A stretch of 64,000 bases of DNA from Candidatus Multivoradales bacterium (GTDB taxonomy: Bacteria > Acidobacteriota > Thermoanaerobaculia > Multivoradales > JAHEKO01). Made by a program: the position numbers and the translations under genes. The notes under the pieces are model-generated. The model did not search any database, was not told where the DNA came from, and was given only the letters and a program-made list of their open reading frames with translations. The DNA is taken from NCBI GenBank assembly GCA_965212505.1, contig OZ243123.1, positions 4,624,313 through 4,688,312 on the forward strand, given 5' to 3'. This document shows, piece after piece, positions 44,730 through 55,034 of this stretch. Each line of letters opens with the position of its first letter. Positions within the stretch are counted from its first letter, which is position 1.

Positions 44730-45283
44730 TGAGCGAGGGTGTGGAGAGTCAAGAGCGCGAGCTGAAGTTCCCCTGTGAGGGGCTCGACGGCATTCGCGAA
44801 CGTCTCATCGAGCTCGAGGCCGAGCGGCTTCAGGCATCAGCACTCGAGGAGAACCTGCTCTTCGATCGCGGTGGCGAGCTGCAGTCGAACGGCTCTCTCC
44901 TGAGGCTGCGGGTAGACGCCCACGGCACCCGGTTGACCTATAAGGGGCCGGCGACGTTCGAAGGCGAAGTCAAGGTGCGTCAGGAGCTCGAGCTCAAGGT
45001 CGACGACAGCGATCAGGCGCGGGCGTTGCTCGAGCAGCTCGGCTACAAGGCGTCCGCTCGCTACCAGAAGTACCGCGAGGAGTGGCAGCTCGGCGGTGTG
45101 ATCATCGCTCTCGATCACACGCCGGTCGGGGACTTCGCCGAGTTCGAAGGCGACGGCGCCGAGAAGGTTGCGACCCGCTGCCGTTGCGACATCGAGCATG
45201 CGGAGCGGCGGAACTATCTCCAGATCTACAAGGACTACCGCGAGCAGCACCCCGACGCGCCCGCGGACATGGTCTTCCCTTGA
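44730..45283 (+). CDS. CYTH domain protein (CyaB/thiamine-triphosphatase-like)
   Basis: N-terminal ExExK (ELKFP) plus a beta-barrel pattern typical of CYTH. Start moved to MSEGVESQ. Confidence 0.7.
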
Positions 45284-45324
45284 GCCGACTGAATCTCGGC
45301 CGCGCTGCGTGATGGCCTCGACCG

Positions 45325-46371
45325 GTGGCTGAGAGTCCTTTTCGCGCCGTCGTGTTGGCCGCGGGCCTCGGTACCCGGCTTCGGCCCCTGACAGAGTTCG
45401 AACCCAAGCCGGTACTGCCGGTCGGCGGCCGACCCTTGATCGCCCACACCTTGGCGCGCTTGGAGGCGGCCGGCTGCGAGGCCACCGCCCTCAATCTGCA
45501 TCACCTCGGAGAGCGCGTTCGTGAACAGCTGGGCGACTCGTTCGGGTCGATGCCACTCACCTACTCTCCGGAGACCGAACTCCTCGGCACGCTCGGCGCG
45601 CTGGCGCCGCTGCGCGACTTCTGGGCCGAGACCGAAGTCCTGGTCATCGTGAACGGCGACAGCCTTTGCAAATGGCCGATCCGCCAGCTGGTCAAGAGAC
45701 ATCGTCGCAAAGCCGCTGACGTGACCCTCATGCTCTCGCGGCGCGCAAAGGTCGAGGAGTACGGCGGCGGTGTCGGCGTGGCGAAGGGGGGCGCAGTGGT
45801 GTCGATCCGGGGAGAGCAGGCCTGGGGCGATGTCGAGAGGCGTCGGGTCTATGCGGGGGCGCAGGCGATCTCGCCGGCTCTTCTCGAGGGCATGCCGACG
45901 AAGCCACTCGACTTTGTTCCCGACCTTTGGGAACCGATGCTCGAAGAGGGGCGCTCGATTGACAGCTACGAGTCACGGGCACGCTGGTTCGAGAGTGGGA
46001 CTCCCGAGCTCTACCTGCGATCCGTACGCGGCTGGGTCGGCCGGAGTTGGCTACCGAGTTGGATGCGCGGCTCGTGGATTGCGCCCGAGGCGTCGGTGCA
46101 CGACAACGCCCGCATCACGCGGTCCGTGATCGAGAACGACGCAGTGGTCGAGCACGGCGCTCTCGTCGAGCGGTCACTGGTACTGCCGGGCGCGTGCGTA
46201 CGACGCGGCTGCTCGGTGCGACACTCGATTGTCGGCTTCGGTGTCGAGCTGGCTCCCGAGACCAGTGTCGAGCGCCGTCTGGTGACTCCGGAGCGCGCCG
46301 AAGTGCCCCCGCGGCCGGTCGACTCGCTCGTCGGCGGGCTCGTCTACTCCCCGCTGCGACCGTCCGCCTGA
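45325..46371 (+). CDS. Sugar-phosphate nucleotidyltransferase with C-terminal left-handed beta-helix domain
   Basis: N-terminal VVLAAGLGTRLRPLT (the NTP-transferase G-rich loop) and C-terminal hexapeptide repeats. Confidence 0.75.
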   Translation: MAESPFRAVVLAAGLGTRLRPLTEFEPKPVLPVGGRPLIAHTLARLEAAGCEATALNLHHLGERVREQLGDSFGSMPLTYSPETELLGTLGALAPLRDFWAETEVLVIVNGDSLCKWPIRQLVKRHRRKAADVTLMLSRRAKVEEYGGGVGVAKGGAVVSIRGEQAWGDVERRRVYAGAQAISPALLEGMPTKPLDFVPDLWEPMLEEGRSIDSYESRARWFESGTPELYLRSVRGWVGRSWLPSWMRGSWIAPEASVHDNARITRSVIENDAVVEHGALVERSLVLPGACVRRGCSVRHSIVGFGVELAPETSVERRLVTPERAEVPPRPVDSLVGGLVYSPLRPSA

Positions 46372-46560
46372 GGCGCGAAGGAATCGCGTCGTCGCGGCCC
46401 TCCTACCCGTAGGGGCGCGCCGTCAGCGGCACCGTTTCGAGAACTCCTCTATGGACACCCAACCCGGTAACTCCCGAGACGACACCTTCTCCCCGCCGCC
46501 GCGGCGCGCCCTGATTGCTCTCCTCGCCCCGGCGGCACCGGTCGGAAGACGAGGTAGAGT

Positions 46561-47253
46561 TTGCTCGCTGTGGCGACACCAACCAGCTTCCAACTTCTCG
46601 TCTTCGACTGGGACGGAACCCTGGTCGACTCGATCGGCCGAATCGTCGAGTGCACCCAGGCCAGCCTTCGCGACGTCGGCATCGACACGCCAGACGAAGA
46701 GCGGATTCGGATGTCGATCGGCCTGGGCATTCGCGCGATGGTCGATTCGTTCCTGCCCGGTTGTGACGACGCGACCTTTCACAAGATCTGCGACGCCTAT
46801 CGAGGCAATTGGCGCGAGACGTTCTCGCGCGACCCGGTGCTGTTCGACGGAGTCCGCGAAGCGTTGAACGACATGGAAGACGGCGGCTATCTACTGGCGG
46901 TTGCGACGGCCAAGAGCCGTTGGGGTCTGACGCAAGACCTCGAGGCGACCGGCTTGACCACCTTCTTCCACGGCTCGCGAACCGCAGATGAGAGTCAGTC
47001 GAAGCCGCACCCGGCGATGCTGCTCGAGCTCCTCGACGAGTTCGGCGTTCGCGCCGATCAGGCCCTGATGGTGGGCGACACCGTCCACGACCTGCAGATG
47101 GCCCAGAACGCTTCGGTCGCCGGCCTGGGTGTGACCACCGGGTCGCACGAGCGTGAGGATCTGGGCGTGGTCGAGACAATCGACGTTCTGGACGGAGTGA
47201 GCAACATGCCGGCGTGGCTTCGCGAGCTCGAAGGTTCGGAGCCTCGGCCTTGA
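46561..47253 (+). CDS. HAD-superfamily hydrolase (phosphoglycolate phosphatase-like)
   Basis: Motif I FDWDGTLVDS, motif II VATAKS, and motif IV GDTVHD. Confidence 0.8.
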   Translation: MLAVATPTSFQLLVFDWDGTLVDSIGRIVECTQASLRDVGIDTPDEERIRMSIGLGIRAMVDSFLPGCDDATFHKICDAYRGNWRETFSRDPVLFDGVREALNDMEDGGYLLAVATAKSRWGLTQDLEATGLTTFFHGSRTADESQSKPHPAMLLELLDEFGVRADQALMVGDTVHDLQMAQNASVAGLGVTTGSHEREDLGVVETIDVLDGVSNMPAWLRELEGSEPRP

Positions 47254-49721
47254 AGCGATCGACCGGCCTCGTCTTGGCGTTGCTAGCCGCGGTCGCGCTC
47301 CTGCCGGGTCCGCCGACGCCCGACCCACAGTTTGGGCAGCGACCCTTCGATCGACCCGACCAGGCGGCCGAGTTCGCTCGCGCAAAGCGGTTGGCCGGGA
47401 GCGGTATCTCCGATCCCGCCTCTGCGTACCGGAAGGCGCGCGCACACGTCGCCGAGATGCCGGTCTACTCGACGCGCCGCGACGTTCTGTCCGCCGCCCC
47501 CGAGACGCCGCGCAAGGTGACGTCGAACATCGACACCTGGACGGCCCTCGGCCCGGGCAATGTCGGCGGCCGCACTCGAACGCTCGCGATCCACCCGAAA
47601 AAGCCGAAGATCATGTACGCCGGTGGCGTGTCGGGCGGAATCTGGAAGACCAAGAACAACGGTCGCAAGTGGCAGCCGATCGGCGACGAGCTGACCAACA
47701 TCGCGGTCAACGTGCTCGCCCTCGACCCCGAGAGTCCGAACGTGGTCTACGCGGGCACCGGAGAGGGTTACTTCCGCGAGGAGGTGCGAGGCACCTCGCT
47801 GCCGCTCCGAGGCGGGGGCATCTTCAAGACCGAAGACGGGGGTGACAGCTGGCGACGGCTCGAGTCGACCTCTGGAGCGAACTTCTTCTGGGTCAACGAC
47901 CTCGTCATCAGTCACCTCGATAGTTCGCGTCTCTACGCGGCGACCCGCAAGGGCGTCTTCCGATCCAGAGATGGTGGCGAGAGCTGGAAGCGGGTGTTGA
48001 AGACCAAGGTGAAGGGCGGCTGTCTCGATCTCGCCGCACGCACCGACCTGGACACCGACTATCTACTGGCCTCTTGTGGAACGCTCGCGCAGGCCAAGGT
48101 TCATAGGAAGGTCGACGCCAACTCCGCCGGCTCCTGGAGCGTCGTGCTCAGCGAGGGTCCGGAGATGGGGCGCACGTCTCTGGCGTTTGCGCCGTCCGAT
48201 CAGAGTGTCGTGTACGCGGTTTCAGCGAGTAACGTCCCTGGCCCGGGAGGTCTGTTCGAGCAGGCGCTGCACGCGGTCTTCCGTTCGGACGAAGGCGGGG
48301 CGCCGAACAGCTGGCGAGCGACCGTGCGCAATCGCGATCCGCGCACGATCAACACGTTGTTGCTCAGCAATCCGATCATCGCCGTGCTCGAGGAATGCGG
48401 CTTCCAGGGGCCAAACGACAACCTGGCGATGGGTTGGTACGTCAACATGATCACTGTCGATCCGCGCGACCCCGATCGGGTCTGGGTCGCTGGGGTCGAC
48501 CTCTTCCGCTCAGATGATGGCGGTGAACGCTGGAACCCCGTCACCTACTGGTGGGCGGGCAGCGGCAACTCGAACTGGGTGCACGCCGATCAGCATCGCC
48601 TCGTCTTCCATCCGAAGAAGAAGCGGACGGCCTTCTCGCTCAACGACGGCGGCATTGCGCGCACACGCAACGCCGATGCGTTTGTGCCCGACAGCGACTT
48701 CGGCATCTGCTCGCCGGGGGTGGCCGGCGTGTCCTGGAAGCGCCTCAACAACAGCTACGGAGTGACGCAGTTCTACCATGGCACGGCCTTCCCGGACGGC
48801 CGCACTTACATGGCCGGCGCCCAGGACAACGGCACCGTGCTGGGAAGTGACGGCTCCGGGAACAACGGTTGGGTTTCGGTCTTCGGCGGCGACGGCGGTT
48901 ATTCGGCCGTCGACCCGCGCGACACCAACGTTCTCTATGTGACCTTCCAGAACGGCGAGGTCCGCAAGTCGTCTGACGGCGGATTCAACTTCCAGTCCGC
49001 GACCGCCGGTATCGACGATCTGCCGCTCAACGACTCATCGAACTTCCGAGCCTTCGGTGACTTCTTCCTGTTCATCGCGCCGCTGACCCTGGACCAGAAC
49101 GACCCCGATCGTCTCTGGACCGGCGGCACCCGGCTGTGGCGTACCGACGACGCGGCGGCCAACTGGCAGGGTGCGAGTGAACGCCTGAACTCGGGCGGCA
49201 AGGCGAGCGCCATCGCCGTCGCCGAAGGGAACTCCGACGTCGTGCTCGTGGGTTCCGACACCGGCCACATCTACCGCAGTACTGCGGCGACCTCGGCCGA
49301 CGAGGGAACCGTTTGGGACTCGACCCGCCCGCGGCAGGGGTTCGTCTCATCGGTAGCCTACGACCCGACCGACGCAAGTGTCGCCTACGCGACCTACGCC
49401 GGCTTCGGCGGCGCACACGTCTGGCGCAGTGACGACGGTGGCGCGACCTGGAACTCCATCGATGGTGGTGGTGCCGGTTCGGTGCCCGACGTCCCGGTGC
49501 ACTCGATTGTCGTCGACCCGACGCGGCCTGAGCGCCTCTACATCGGCACCGACCTGGGCGTGATGGCCTCGACGGACGGCGGCGCGACCTGGGCGGTCGA
49601 GAACACCGGCTTCGCCAACGCGGTCACCGAGTGGCTGTCGATCAACAGCGACCGCTCGACCGACGCCTATCTGTTTGCGTTCACGCACGGCCGTGGCGCC
49701 TGGCGCGTGCCGCTCGAGTAG
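47250..49721 (+). CDS. Secreted BNR/Asp-box repeat (sortilin/Vps10-like beta-propeller) protein
   Basis: Signal peptide plus at least five S-x-D-x-G-x-T/S-W Asp-box motifs (SRDGGESW, TEDGGDSW, SDDGGERW, SDDGGATW, STDGGATW). A TTG start at the HAD gene stop is likely. Confidence 0.75.
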   Translation: MKRSTGLVLALLAAVALLPGPPTPDPQFGQRPFDRPDQAAEFARAKRLAGSGISDPASAYRKARAHVAEMPVYSTRRDVLSAAPETPRKVTSNIDTWTALGPGNVGGRTRTLAIHPKKPKIMYAGGVSGGIWKTKNNGRKWQPIGDELTNIAVNVLALDPESPNVVYAGTGEGYFREEVRGTSLPLRGGGIFKTEDGGDSWRRLESTSGANFFWVNDLVISHLDSSRLYAATRKGVFRSRDGGESWKRVLKTKVKGGCLDLAARTDLDTDYLLASCGTLAQAKVHRKVDANSAGSWSVVLSEGPEMGRTSLAFAPSDQSVVYAVSASNVPGPGGLFEQALHAVFRSDEGGAPNSWRATVRNRDPRTINTLLLSNPIIAVLEECGFQGPNDNLAMGWYVNMITVDPRDPDRVWVAGVDLFRSDDGGERWNPVTYWWAGSGNSNWVHADQHRLVFHPKKKRTAFSLNDGGIARTRNADAFVPDSDFGICSPGVAGVSWKRLNNSYGVTQFYHGTAFPDGRTYMAGAQDNGTVLGSDGSGNNGWVSVFGGDGGYSAVDPRDTNVLYVTFQNGEVRKSSDGGFNFQSATAGIDDLPLNDSSNFRAFGDFFLFIAPLTLDQNDPDRLWTGGTRLWRTDDAAANWQGASERLNSGGKASAIAVAEGNSDVVLVGSDTGHIYRSTAATSADEGTVWDSTRPRQGFVSSVAYDPTDASVAYATYAGFGGAHVWRSDDGGATWNSIDGGGAGSVPDVPVHSIVVDPTRPERLYIGTDLGVMASTDGGATWAVENTGFANAVTEWLSINSDRSTDAYLFAFTHGRGAWRVPLE

Positions 49722-49853
49722 CTCCGGGCTCGTCTGGCGCACTCCTCCCGTCCTGTAGCGGGAAGGGCATGCACGGAGATCGACAGTCGCTCGTAAACCA
49801 ACCGACGGGAGAGGCTCGGGCTAGAATCGGCTCTTTCCCGGAAGGAGGGGTCG

Positions 49854-50387
49854 ATGACTGGAGGGGCACAGCGGAGCTCGAGGCTCGGACTCATCATTGG
49901 GGTCGCGGCGTTTGCGGGCGGCCTCTGGCTGCTACTCAACGCCATGAACGTCGGCGTGCCGGAGTTCAAGCGGCTGTGGCCGTCTCTCTTCATCGTTGCG
50001 GCGGTCGCGGCGTTGGTGGACTATTTCTTCCTCAAGCGCGTCCCCAGCTCGGCGGGTTGGATGGTGACCTTCTTCGGTTTCGGGGTCCTCGGATTCGCGC
50101 TGACGCTCGGCTACACCGACATGGGCAAGATCCTCGACTGGCTACCGAGCTTCCCGACCATCGCCGGGGTCGGGTTGCTGACTACGTGGATGGCGGGCGG
50201 CCGCCAGTCGACGAACCTACCGGTCGCCGGGATGGTCCTCGTCGGACTCGGCGTCCTCGGGTTCGCGGCGAGATTCGACTTCTTGCGCAAGATCCTGCCC
50301 TCGGCGCAAGTCATCTGGGCGCTCCTCTTCCTGCTCGGCGGCGCCTGGTTGGTCTGGCGCTATGTCATCCGCGCCAAGAACGACTAG
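49854..50387 (+). CDS. Integral membrane protein, hypothetical
   Basis: Five to six predicted TM helices; protein-like composition. Confidence 0.6.
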   Translation: MTGGAQRSSRLGLIIGVAAFAGGLWLLLNAMNVGVPEFKRLWPSLFIVAAVAALVDYFFLKRVPSSAGWMVTFFGFGVLGFALTLGYTDMGKILDWLPSFPTIAGVGLLTTWMAGGRQSTNLPVAGMVLVGLGVLGFAARFDFLRKILPSAQVIWALLFLLGGAWLVWRYVIRAKND

Positions 50388-50741
50388 GTGGCGACTGAAG
50401 CCGAAAAGCTCTTCGAACTCTGCCGCTCGCTCGCGGGTGTCACGGAAGACGTGAAGTGGGAGAAGAACTTGGTCTTTTCGGTCGGCGAGAAGATGTTCTG
50501 CGTATTCGGCCTGCCGGACGCCGAGACGATGAGTCTCAAGGTTGATGGCGAGGCCTTCGAGGCGCTGACCGAGCGACCGGGCATCAAGCCGGCTCCGTAT
50601 CTCGCGCGCCACTCCTGGATCTTCCTCGAGTCGCTCGACGCGCTGCCGCGCGACTTCCTCGAAGAGCTCATCGAGCGCTCCCACCTTTTGGTAGCGGCCA
50701 AGCTGTCGAAGAAACTGCGCGCGCGGCTCAGGATCGCCTAG
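50388..50741 (+). CDS. MmcQ/YjbR family DNA-binding protein
   Basis: Size and the conserved pattern (VTEDVKWEKNLVFSVGEKMFCVF...PYLARHSWI). Confidence 0.7.
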   Translation: MATEAEKLFELCRSLAGVTEDVKWEKNLVFSVGEKMFCVFGLPDAETMSLKVDGEAFEALTERPGIKPAPYLARHSWIFLESLDALPRDFLEELIERSHLLVAAKLSKKLRARLRIA

Positions 50742-50834
50742 CGGATTCGTCTTCCCGGGCCTCTTGCGCCGAACGCGCCTCGCCGCATAGGTTTGGCAGA
50801 GGGCCGAAACCTGAACGAGGTCGAGGGGAGAACC

Positions 50835-51773
50835 ATGAAGTACCTGTGCCTGAGCATGATCGTGCTGACACTCGTCGCGCTGGCGCCGCCGCCGGCAGCC
50901 GCGCACGACACCATGTCCATGGCCGAGCTGCTGCAGGCGTTCGGCTGGGACTTCGAGACCGCCGAGATCACCGTCGAGCAGGTGGGCGAGAACCTCTGGG
51001 TGCTGTTCGGGCTCGGAGGCAACGTCCTCGCGTCGATCAGTCCGCAGGGGGTCCTGATCGTCGACGACCAGTTTCCGGAGCTGATGCCGAAGATCAAGGC
51101 CGCGATCGCCGAACTTGGTGGCGGCGATGTCGACTTCGCCATCAACACGCACTGGCACTTCGATCATGCCGACGGCAACAAAGTGCTGGGCGAGGAGGGG
51201 ACCTGGTTGGTCTCGCAAATCAACTCGCGCGAGATGATGCTCGACACCCACACCATCGACCTGGTCGGTGCTGCTGTCGACCAGCCCGCCTATCCGAGCG
51301 AGGCGCTGCCGGTGATCACCTACGTCGACGAGATGCAGTTCTTCTTCAACGACGAGCGCATCGACCTGGTGCACTTCGGGCCAGCCCACACCACCGGCGA
51401 CACGGTGGTGATCTTTCGCGGCCACAACGTCGTGCACATGGGAGACGTCTTCAACAACACCGGCTATCCGTTCATCGACGCCGGCAATGGCGGCAGCCTG
51501 GATGGTCTCATCACCTTCTGCCGGGCGGTGCTCGACCGCATCGACCCGGGCACCGTCGTCGTGCCGGGACACGGTCCGGTAGCGACCTACGCCGAGCTCG
51601 ACGCCTACACCTCGATGTTGGCCACCATTCGCGACCGCATGCAGGCCCTCATCGACCGAGGGGCGAGCTTGAGCGACATCATCGAGGCCAAGCCGACGGC
51701 GGAGTGGGACGACAAGATGGGCGACCCGGCCCGTGTTCTCGATCGCGCCTACCTGAGCATGACGCGTCACTAG
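50835..51773 (+). CDS. MBL-fold metallo-hydrolase (subclass B3-like), secreted
   Basis: Signal peptide, the HxHxDH motif (NTHWHFDHADG), and a distal His (VPGHG). Confidence 0.8.
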   Translation: MKYLCLSMIVLTLVALAPPPAAAHDTMSMAELLQAFGWDFETAEITVEQVGENLWVLFGLGGNVLASISPQGVLIVDDQFPELMPKIKAAIAELGGGDVDFAINTHWHFDHADGNKVLGEEGTWLVSQINSREMMLDTHTIDLVGAAVDQPAYPSEALPVITYVDEMQFFFNDERIDLVHFGPAHTTGDTVVIFRGHNVVHMGDVFNNTGYPFIDAGNGGSLDGLITFCRAVLDRIDPGTVVVPGHGPVATYAELDAYTSMLATIRDRMQALIDRGASLSDIIEAKPTAEWDDKMGDPARVLDRAYLSMTRH

Positions 51774-51810
51774 AGGCTGCTGCAGGCTCTATCTCGAGCC
51801 GCTCGACGCG

Positions 51811-53025
51811 CTAGCGCCGGAGTTTCTCGATCAGGCCGAAAACCTCGTCGACCTGCTCCCAGCCGGTACGCATGAGGAACGTGTTGTTGCGCCCGTAGGA
51901 CTTGGCCCCGACGATGAAGAAGTTCGGCTCCGGGTTCACGAGCGTGTCCGCTCCGTGACTCTCCTGGGCGAGACAGTCTCCGCTGCTCGAGCCGAGGAGT
52001 GCTGCGGCAAGCTTCATCGGGCCGCTGGTGGCGTAGCACTCGTGGACTTGCAGCTGTCGGTAGAGGCTGTGATCGCCGACAAATCCTGTGAGCGAGACCA
52101 TGCGGTCTACATCGAGGGTCGTCCGCTCGCCGCTGCGATGGCGGAGTGTCACTTTGTAGCTGCCGTTGGTCGCGGAGATCGACTCGACCACCACGCCCAG
52201 CTCGGTCTTCACCCGGGAGCTTTCCTCGGCGATCTTTTGCGCACGACGAGTGAGACGGGCGCGCTCCGGCAGCGGATCGTCCGGGTCGACGTGCCAGCGA
52301 GGGCTCTCCGAGCGGAGCGCCCAGGTCACCTCGGTGCCCGGGAAGCGCTCGGCCAGCCAGGCCAGGTCGACGACTGCGGTCTGCGCTGAGTGCCCGGCGC
52401 CGACCAGGAGGATCTTTTTCCCCGCCCACCGGCTCTCGTCGCGCACGAGGTCTGGGATGTGGCGCTCGATCGCCGCGGCCGCCGCCTCTTCTCCAGGGGC
52501 TTCGATACCGCCGTCGCCGAGTGCGTTCGGGTGACCCCAAGAGCCGGTGCAGTCCAAGACGACGTCCGCGTGCTCGACCCTTTCGCGCCCATGCTCGTCC
52601 TCGACCAACAGGCGGAACGGCTGTGCGCGGCGCTCCTCGGAGCCGATCTCCTCGTGCTTGAGTAGCCCCTCGCGTCCCACTCGCTTGACCCGCGTACCGG
52701 TTCTCACGTGCGGGGCGACCTGCGGGAGCTCCGCGATCGGGGCGAAGACCGTCTCGACCAGTTCGCTACCGGTGGGACAGTCCGGGTCGTCCTCGGCTGG
52801 CAGTCCCGCTCCGGTCCCTGCCAGTGCGCGACGCATTCGAGGCGAAATGTCCAATCCCCACGGGGTGAAGAGACGCACGTGGCCCCAGCGACGAACGCTC
52901 GAACAGACCTCGGAGCCGGCTTCGTAAACAGTGAACGAGCAGTCGCTTTCTTGGGCTGCGAGGGCTGCTTCGAGTCCTACGGGGCCCGCGCCCAGAATGG
53001 CGATGTGCGGTGTTTCGGAGCTCAT
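51811..53025 (-). CDS. FAD/NAD(P)-binding oxidoreductase (flavin monooxygenase-like)
   Basis: N-terminal Rossmann IAILGAGPVGLEAALAA and a second GxGxxA (LVGAGHSAQTA). Confidence 0.7.
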   Translation of the reverse strand: MSSETPHIAILGAGPVGLEAALAAQESDCSFTVYEAGSEVCSSVRRWGHVRLFTPWGLDISPRMRRALAGTGAGLPAEDDPDCPTGSELVETVFAPIAELPQVAPHVRTGTRVKRVGREGLLKHEEIGSEERRAQPFRLLVEDEHGRERVEHADVVLDCTGSWGHPNALGDGGIEAPGEEAAAAAIERHIPDLVRDESRWAGKKILLVGAGHSAQTAVVDLAWLAERFPGTEVTWALRSESPRWHVDPDDPLPERARLTRRAQKIAEESSRVKTELGVVVESISATNGSYKVTLRHRSGERTTLDVDRMVSLTGFVGDHSLYRQLQVHECYATSGPMKLAAALLGSSSGDCLAQESHGADTLVNPEPNFFIVGAKSYGRNNTFLMRTGWEQVDEVFGLIEKLRR

Positions 53026-53028
53026 GGG

Positions 53029-54135
53029 TCAGTACCTTGAAGAAGCCCGCTCCTTGGCGGGGAGGATTTCCAAGCAGGTGGTCCACCATCCGGTGAGGAC
53101 GGTCTCGACGAACTCTTCCGGCAGCTCTTCGACTCGCATCTCTGCCGCGAGCGCGTCGTGATCGTAGGCGAGCGGAACCAGCTCGACCGCAAGCCCTTCC
53201 GATCTCTCTTCGAGCATGGCGTACCAGACGTGAGTGTTGCCATCGTTTGCCGGCCGGCCGATGACACCTACGTTGACGACGTCGCCGCCGGAGGGCAGTT
53301 TGCGGTGCCATGGCAGACCGGTGTGGGTACAAAGGAAGCCGTCCGCCTTCTCCTGGCCGAGAAGCACTTCGAGGAACGCTGTCGGTGTCGTGGAAAGAAA
53401 CAGGAACTCGTTGATCTGTCGGGGTGAGCCGTGGACCAGCAACAGTTCGCGATCGCCGACGCGCACACGCCGTCGCTCCGGCAGCTCCCCCATCCACTCC
53501 TTGAACTCGGGCGCGCAATTGCGGGCTGTGTAGTTGTACGAGAGCTCTGCGAAGTGGTTGTCGCGCGGATCCGTGTAGCCGCAGTTGCAGTCCTCGTGGC
53601 CGGTTGCCAGCGACTGCTCGTAGTTGCCCTGAAGGGTCGACACGCCCCCCTCGTCGAGCAGTGGTCGGACCCGGTTCGGATTGGGCCCGAAGCCGCCCAG
53701 ATCTCCGAGGCAGTAGATCGCCTCGGCCCCTCGCCGGGTCGCGTCGTCGAGGAGAGCGGTCAAGCCGTAGTGGTTGTTGTAGACGCCGCCAAAGACTGCG
53801 ATCCGCGAGTACGGCCCCTCTACCGGAGTCTCGTCGTCCGAAATCGCCAAGAAGCTGTCGACCTCTTCGGCGCGCCCTTCCGGCGAGAGCTCGCGACCGG
53901 CCTTCGCGGTCGCCTCTCGGAACTCACCCAGCGGCACCAACCTCTCCCCCCAGGTCGCAAGACCACGATGCACGGTCAGAGGCGACGAGTCGCGCCGCTT
54001 CTTGTCTCGATCGTCCTTTGGAGTTCTCGGGCTCATTCGGAGGAACCAAGAGAGGGGCTCGTCAAACAACTGGCCATCGACGCAAGTCCGACAGGAGGGT
54101 TTGTCAAGGGAGGGCTCTCCCTTGACCCCAATCAA
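53029..54135 (-). CDS. Metallophosphoesterase (calcineurin-like) family protein
   Basis: GDLGGFGPNP and GNYE/GH motifs typical of the calcineurin fold. Four-nt gap to the upstream oxidoreductase. Confidence 0.7.
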   Translation of the reverse strand: MIGVKGEPSLDKPSCRTCVDGQLFDEPLSWFLRMSPRTPKDDRDKKRRDSSPLTVHRGLATWGERLVPLGEFREATAKAGRELSPEGRAEEVDSFLAISDDETPVEGPYSRIAVFGGVYNNHYGLTALLDDATRRGAEAIYCLGDLGGFGPNPNRVRPLLDEGGVSTLQGNYEQSLATGHEDCNCGYTDPRDNHFAELSYNYTARNCAPEFKEWMGELPERRRVRVGDRELLLVHGSPRQINEFLFLSTTPTAFLEVLLGQEKADGFLCTHTGLPWHRKLPSGGDVVNVGVIGRPANDGNTHVWYAMLEERSEGLAVELVPLAYDHDALAAEMRVEELPEEFVETVLTGWWTTCLEILPAKERASSRY

Positions 54136-54153
54136 CTCTCTCCCTTGATTCGG

Positions 54154-54951
54154 TCACGTCTTGCAACTCACTCCGAACACATGGCACGTCCAGCAGGCCG
54201 GATGCCCCATCTCGAACGGCCCCAGCGTGTCGGCGATCGCCTCGCCCATCTTGCCGTCGGGCTCGTTGACCAGAATCGGGCAGACCCACACCCCTTGATC
54301 GGTGACCATTCGGCAGCCGCTGCATTGCAAGTGCGACCAGCCGTCGGATGGCGTGTCGCCCTCGCGCAACCGCTGCCAGCTCTCGTAGGCGCCGCCGCGT
54401 TCGGCCTCGGCGCCCATGCGGAAGACGGGTAGCATCTTGAGCCGCGGCTTCTCGATGCCCATCTCGCTCAGGAGCTCGAAGAAGCGCAGGCGACCCTCTC
54501 GAGAGGCGTTTTGATCGTGCACCTCGGTGACCGTGATCACGGGATTGATCCCCGCTCGGTAGAGGTTGGAGATCCCGCCGAGAATCCGCACGAACGTCCC
54601 TTCGCCTCGAATCGGGTCGTTCGTGGCGGCGTCGTAGCCGTCCATCGACACTCTGAAGTCGAGAGAGTAGTCGCTCGCCGTGGCGAGTTTCGCGAGTCGC
54701 TCGCAGCGCACCGGATCGAGAAGTAGACCGTTGGTGAGAACCGTCGCCGGGCCGTACTCGAGAGTCCTCGCGAGGATGGCCTCCATCTCGGAATTGAGGA
54801 ACGGCTCGCCGCCGGTGAAGTAGTACTCCTTCACCCCCAGGCGCGCGCCCTCTTCGAGATAGGGCACAACCTCTTCCAACGACAACCCATCGTGAGTGTG
54901 GTTGGTCGGCGAGCTCGAGACGAAGCAGTGCGTGCACGCGAGATTGCACAC
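54154..54951 (-). CDS. arsS: ArsS-like radical SAM protein (arsenosugar-biosynthesis type), Cys-rich C-terminus; true start probably upstream (frame open to ~55104 without ATG/GTG/TTG)
   Basis: CNLACTHCF radical SAM cluster motif, a GGEP SAM-binding motif, and a C-terminal Cys-rich tail (CSGCRMV...CP...HPACWTCHVFGVSC). Positioned immediately downstream of arsM. Confidence 0.7.
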   Translation of the reverse strand: MCNLACTHCFVSSSPTNHTHDGLSLEEVVPYLEEGARLGVKEYYFTGGEPFLNSEMEAILARTLEYGPATVLTNGLLLDPVRCERLAKLATASDYSLDFRVSMDGYDAATNDPIRGEGTFVRILGGISNLYRAGINPVITVTEVHDQNASREGRLRFFELLSEMGIEKPRLKMLPVFRMGAEAERGGAYESWQRLREGDTPSDGWSHLQCSGCRMVTDQGVWVCPILVNEPDGKMGEAIADTLGPFEMGHPACWTCHVFGVSCKT

Positions 54952-55034
54952 CGTACCGGCGATCTGAAACCAGAGGGTGTCCAGCGAGCGGAGCTCGACC
55001 TTCGGTGCAGCCCGCGCGACCTCGATCGGCTGAC

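Noticed and set aside
46403-47179. 258-aa minus-strand Arg-rich ORF
   Set aside because: Antisense to the HAD hydrolase gene; composition artefact.
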